Shown: positions 60,945 to 64,000 of the stretch, piece after piece
How the letters are laid out: each line of letters starts with the position of its first letter
Position numbering within the stretch: position 1 is the stretch's first letter
NCBI GenBank assembly: GCA_002269645.1
Contig: NIVC01000083.1
Span: 62,001-126,000 of the forward strand
Reading direction: 5' to 3'
DNA length: 64,000 nt
Source: Macrostomum lignano
Taxonomy: Eukaryota
Translations under genes and position numbers: made by a program
Notes under the pieces: model-generated
Told to the model about the DNA's origin: nothing
What the model saw: only the letters and a program-made list of their open reading frames with translations
Databases searched by the model: none

Positions 60945-61925
60945 CGATCTGAGGACTTAGGATTATGAGTCGAATTTGTGGATTTAGGATTATGAGTCGA
61001 ATCTGAGGATTTAGGATTATGAGATGAATCTGAGGATTTAGGATTATGGGTTGAAACTGGGGATTTAGGATTATGAGTTGAATCTGAGGATTGAGAATTG
61101 AGTCGAATCTGAGAATTTAGGATTATGAGTTGAAACTGGGGAATGTGGGGATTTAGGATTATGAGTCGAATCTGAGGATTTAGGATTATGATTCGAATCT
61201 GAGGATTTAAGATTTTGAGTCAGCTGGATTAAGATTTAAGATTTTGACAGTGGATTTAAGATTTTGAGTCGAATCTGGGGATTTATTAATCCGAGTCGAA
61301 TCTTTGGATTTAGGATTATGAACTCGAATCTGAGGATTTAGGATTATGAGATGAATCTGAGGATTTAGGATTATGGGTTGAAACTGGGGATTTAGGATTA
61401 TGAGTTGAATCTGAGGATTGAGAATTGAGTCGAATCTGAGAATTTAGGATTATGAGTTGAAACTGGGGAATGTGGGGATTTAGGATTATGAGTCGAATCT
61501 GAGGATTTAGGATTATGATTCGAATCTGAGGATTTAAGATTTTGAGTCAGCTGGATTAAGATTTAAGATTTTGACAGTGGATTTAAGATTTTGAGTCGAA
61601 TCTGGGGATTTATTAATCCGAGTCGAATCTTTGGATTTAGGATTATGAACTCGAATCTGAGGATTTAAGATTTTGAGTCGAATCTGGGGGATTTAAGATT
61701 TTGAGTCGAATCTGGGGGATTTAAGATTTTGAGTCGAATCTGGGGGATTTAAGATTTTGAGTCGAATCTGGGGGATTTAAGATTTTGAGTCGAATCTGGG
61801 GATTTAAGAATCCGAGTCGAATCTTGGCATTTAGGATTATGAACTCGAATCTGAGGATTTAGGATTGAGTCGAATTCGAAGATTATGAATCAAATTTGAG
61901 GATTTAGGATTATTACTCAAATTTA
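60945..61925. repeat. ~26-bp degenerate minisatellite with a 327-bp higher-order duplication
   Basis: Core GATTTAGGATTATGAGTCGAATCTGAG; the block 61003-61329 recurs at 61330-61656. Confidence 0.9.
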
Positions 61926-62018
61926 AGATTTCAAGAATGTTAAGACTCAAACGTGATGCTTTGCGATAGTCAAAAAGCTTATTATAGACAATTTCGCAAA
62001 TATCCCAAGGACTCCAAC

Positions 62019-62585
62019 CTGAGCGGGGGTGCCGGCAGCAGCAATAGGCGTGTAGGTGCTCTGAAAGGCTGGCGGTATTGAGTCCGGCAGCATCACCATG
62101 CTGAGCAGCACCAGGTCGGACACGTTGGCCGGTGTCAGCTTTCCGACCAGTTTCTCGGCCGCTTTGTCCAGCTCGGACGCTTCGCCAGCCTCGTCGTCTT
62201 CAAAGTCGTCCGCGGCGGCTGCGGCGGCTGCGGCGGCAGCTGAAGAAGCCGGCGCTCCGCCAACAGCAGCAGCGGAGGTCGCTGACGCGCCGGCGCCAGA
62301 ACCGACCGCATCGTCGTCAAGGCGAGGCCGCTTGCTGACGCCGCTTTCGCCGCCTGAGGCAGACGCAGCCGCTGCGGCGGCCGCCTGTTGAAGCCGTTCA
62401 GCGGCCTCCTGTTGGCGACGCTTCCGGGTCGCTTCGTCGACTCTGGGCATCGCTTTGACCACCTCGGCTTGGGTGGCGCCGAGGTCTGTCAGCAGCGTGG
62501 CAACCTGCTGCTGGTGATCCAAACTGCTGGGATGGCGCAGTATTGACAGCAGGCATTGCTTCAGGCACTTGCGGACTGAGGTTAC
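62019..62585 (-). CDS. SYMPK: Symplekin exon (most 5' exon in the window)
   Basis: VTSVRKCLKQCLLSILRHPSS...LLTDLGA...LTPANVSDLVLLSMVMLPDSIPPAFQSTYTPIAAAGTPAQ; acceptor CGCCAG, donor GTTGGA. Confidence 0.92.
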
Positions 62586-62889
62586 CTGGCGAGAAGTAGG
62601 GGGGGGGGGACTTCTTGAACTTTTACCAAATACTTGCCTACAGCCTTTAAGTCACGTGACAAGAAGAAAGTTGTGTACCCGGCCCTTGGGTCATCTGAAA
62701 CTTCACAATATAGCTCAAGGTTTGTGTCTCATCTCACTTCTCTCATCTACTCTCTCATCCCATATCCTCTTTCCTTTTCTCTATTCTCTCTCTTCTTACC
62801 TCTCATCTGGCCTGCGGCTATGAACTTGATTGTTTATCTGGACCTTGAAGTAAAAAAGTCTACCGACCCCTGGTTAATGCCCATTCAGA

Positions 62890-63435
62890 CAATATAAAGT
62901 CACGTGACTGCCTGTTCAGATGCAATATAAAGTCACGTGACTACCCGTTAAGACACAATATAGTCACGTGACTGCCTGTTCAGATGCAATATAAAGTCAC
63001 GTGACTACCCGTTAAGACACAATATAAAGTCACGTGACTGCCTGTTCAGATGCAATATAAAGTCACGTGACTGCCTGTTCAGATGCAATATAAAGTCACG
63101 TGACTGCCTGTTCAGATGCAATATAAAGCCACGTGACTGCCTGTTCAGATGCAATATAAAGTCACGTGACTGCCTGTTCAGATGCAATATAAAGTCACGT
63201 GACTGCCTGTTCAGACACATTATTATGTCACGTGACTGCCTGTTCAGATGCAATATAAAGTCACGTGACTACCCGTCAAGACACAATATAGTCACGTGAC
63301 TGCCTGTTCAGATGCAATATAAAGTCACGTGACTGCCCGTTCAGATGCAAATTAAAATCACGTGACTGCCCGTTCAGGCGCAATTATAAAGTCACGTGAC
63401 TGCCCGTTTAGATACAAGATTAAAAGTCACGCGAC
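62890..63435. repeat. 33-bp minisatellite carrying the palindrome AGTCACGTGACT
   Basis: Unit AAGTCACGTGACTGCCTGTTCAGATGCAATATA, about 17 units. Confidence 0.94.
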
Positions 63436-64000
63436 TTGTCTATTATTGCAGTTGAAACCGTAGCAACTTAAGGAGACGACAAGGCTGTGGACAGAAAGAG
63501 AAGTCTTTTTGACAATAAGCGGCACAAATTCTTAATCGATTTTGACAGAGTAGTTCTGACAGGATTCTGTCATTTTCTAAGCGTTCCTCATGCAAGTAGG
63601 CAGACTCGCTACCTCAAGAAGACACTCGAAAACAACATTGATAAAGCGAACGAGATGCCAAATTTGATCTTGTGAACTCAAGTAATGCAGTCGAATTCTT
63701 TACGAAGGTAAACGACTTCGTTAACTGAGTCCACGGCTTCTCGAGACAGGTATCCAAAGAGAAAAACCAAGTTCAATGGTTTTTTTACAAAAGCCAGATT
63801 GTAGAGCTTCCATCGATTTTTTTCTGTAATATCCAATTGGTTTAGTTGGCAAGAAGACTTGGCGCTCACAGAGCTGTGTATGCAGCTGGCACAGCCGTGC
63901 TGACACTGCCGAGTGTTTGCTTTGCAACTCCCAATCCCACAGCCTGTATTCCCACCGCAGTTTACTTTCAAATAACATTAGTCGCAGGGAAGACTGTGAG

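Noticed and set aside
1170-63435. Tandem arrays as CRISPR arrays
   Set aside because: Units abut head-to-tail with no unique spacers, there are no cas genes, and the context is eukaryotic.
63487-63978. Short ORFs as a further symplekin exon
   Set aside because: No resemblance to the symplekin N-terminus and no fitting splice sites; possibly TE debris.

Overview
Eukaryotic (metazoan) genomic DNA with GT-AG introns. The GC-rich Ala/Ser-padded exons and minisatellite-filled introns suggest a free-living flatworm such as Macrostomum; this is an inference, not a verified assignment. Host genes: the last exon of a DEG/ENaC channel (+), a MARCH-like RING-CH membrane E3 ligase (-, 3 exons seen), a complete 3-exon rolling stone-like membrane protein (-), a disrupted MACPF/Cys-rich secreted-type gene (+), an intronless class-A GPCR (+) and five 3' exons of symplekin (-). 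Mobile elements: a near-full-length RTE-type LINE split by a tRNA-derived SINE with a 14-bp TSD; a complete 8.6-kb CACTA/EnSpm-type transposon carrying a nested Myb/SANT MITE and a second SINE; an internally deleted THAP/P-type element with ~115-bp TIRs and an 8-bp TSD; a foldback MITE; and a very young Gypsy element with an intact gag-pol frame but no AUG. Almost every intron holds its own tandem-repeat array, and most long ORFs in the track over these arrays are artefacts. Coordinates of repeat arrays are approximate; all motifs were read by eye.
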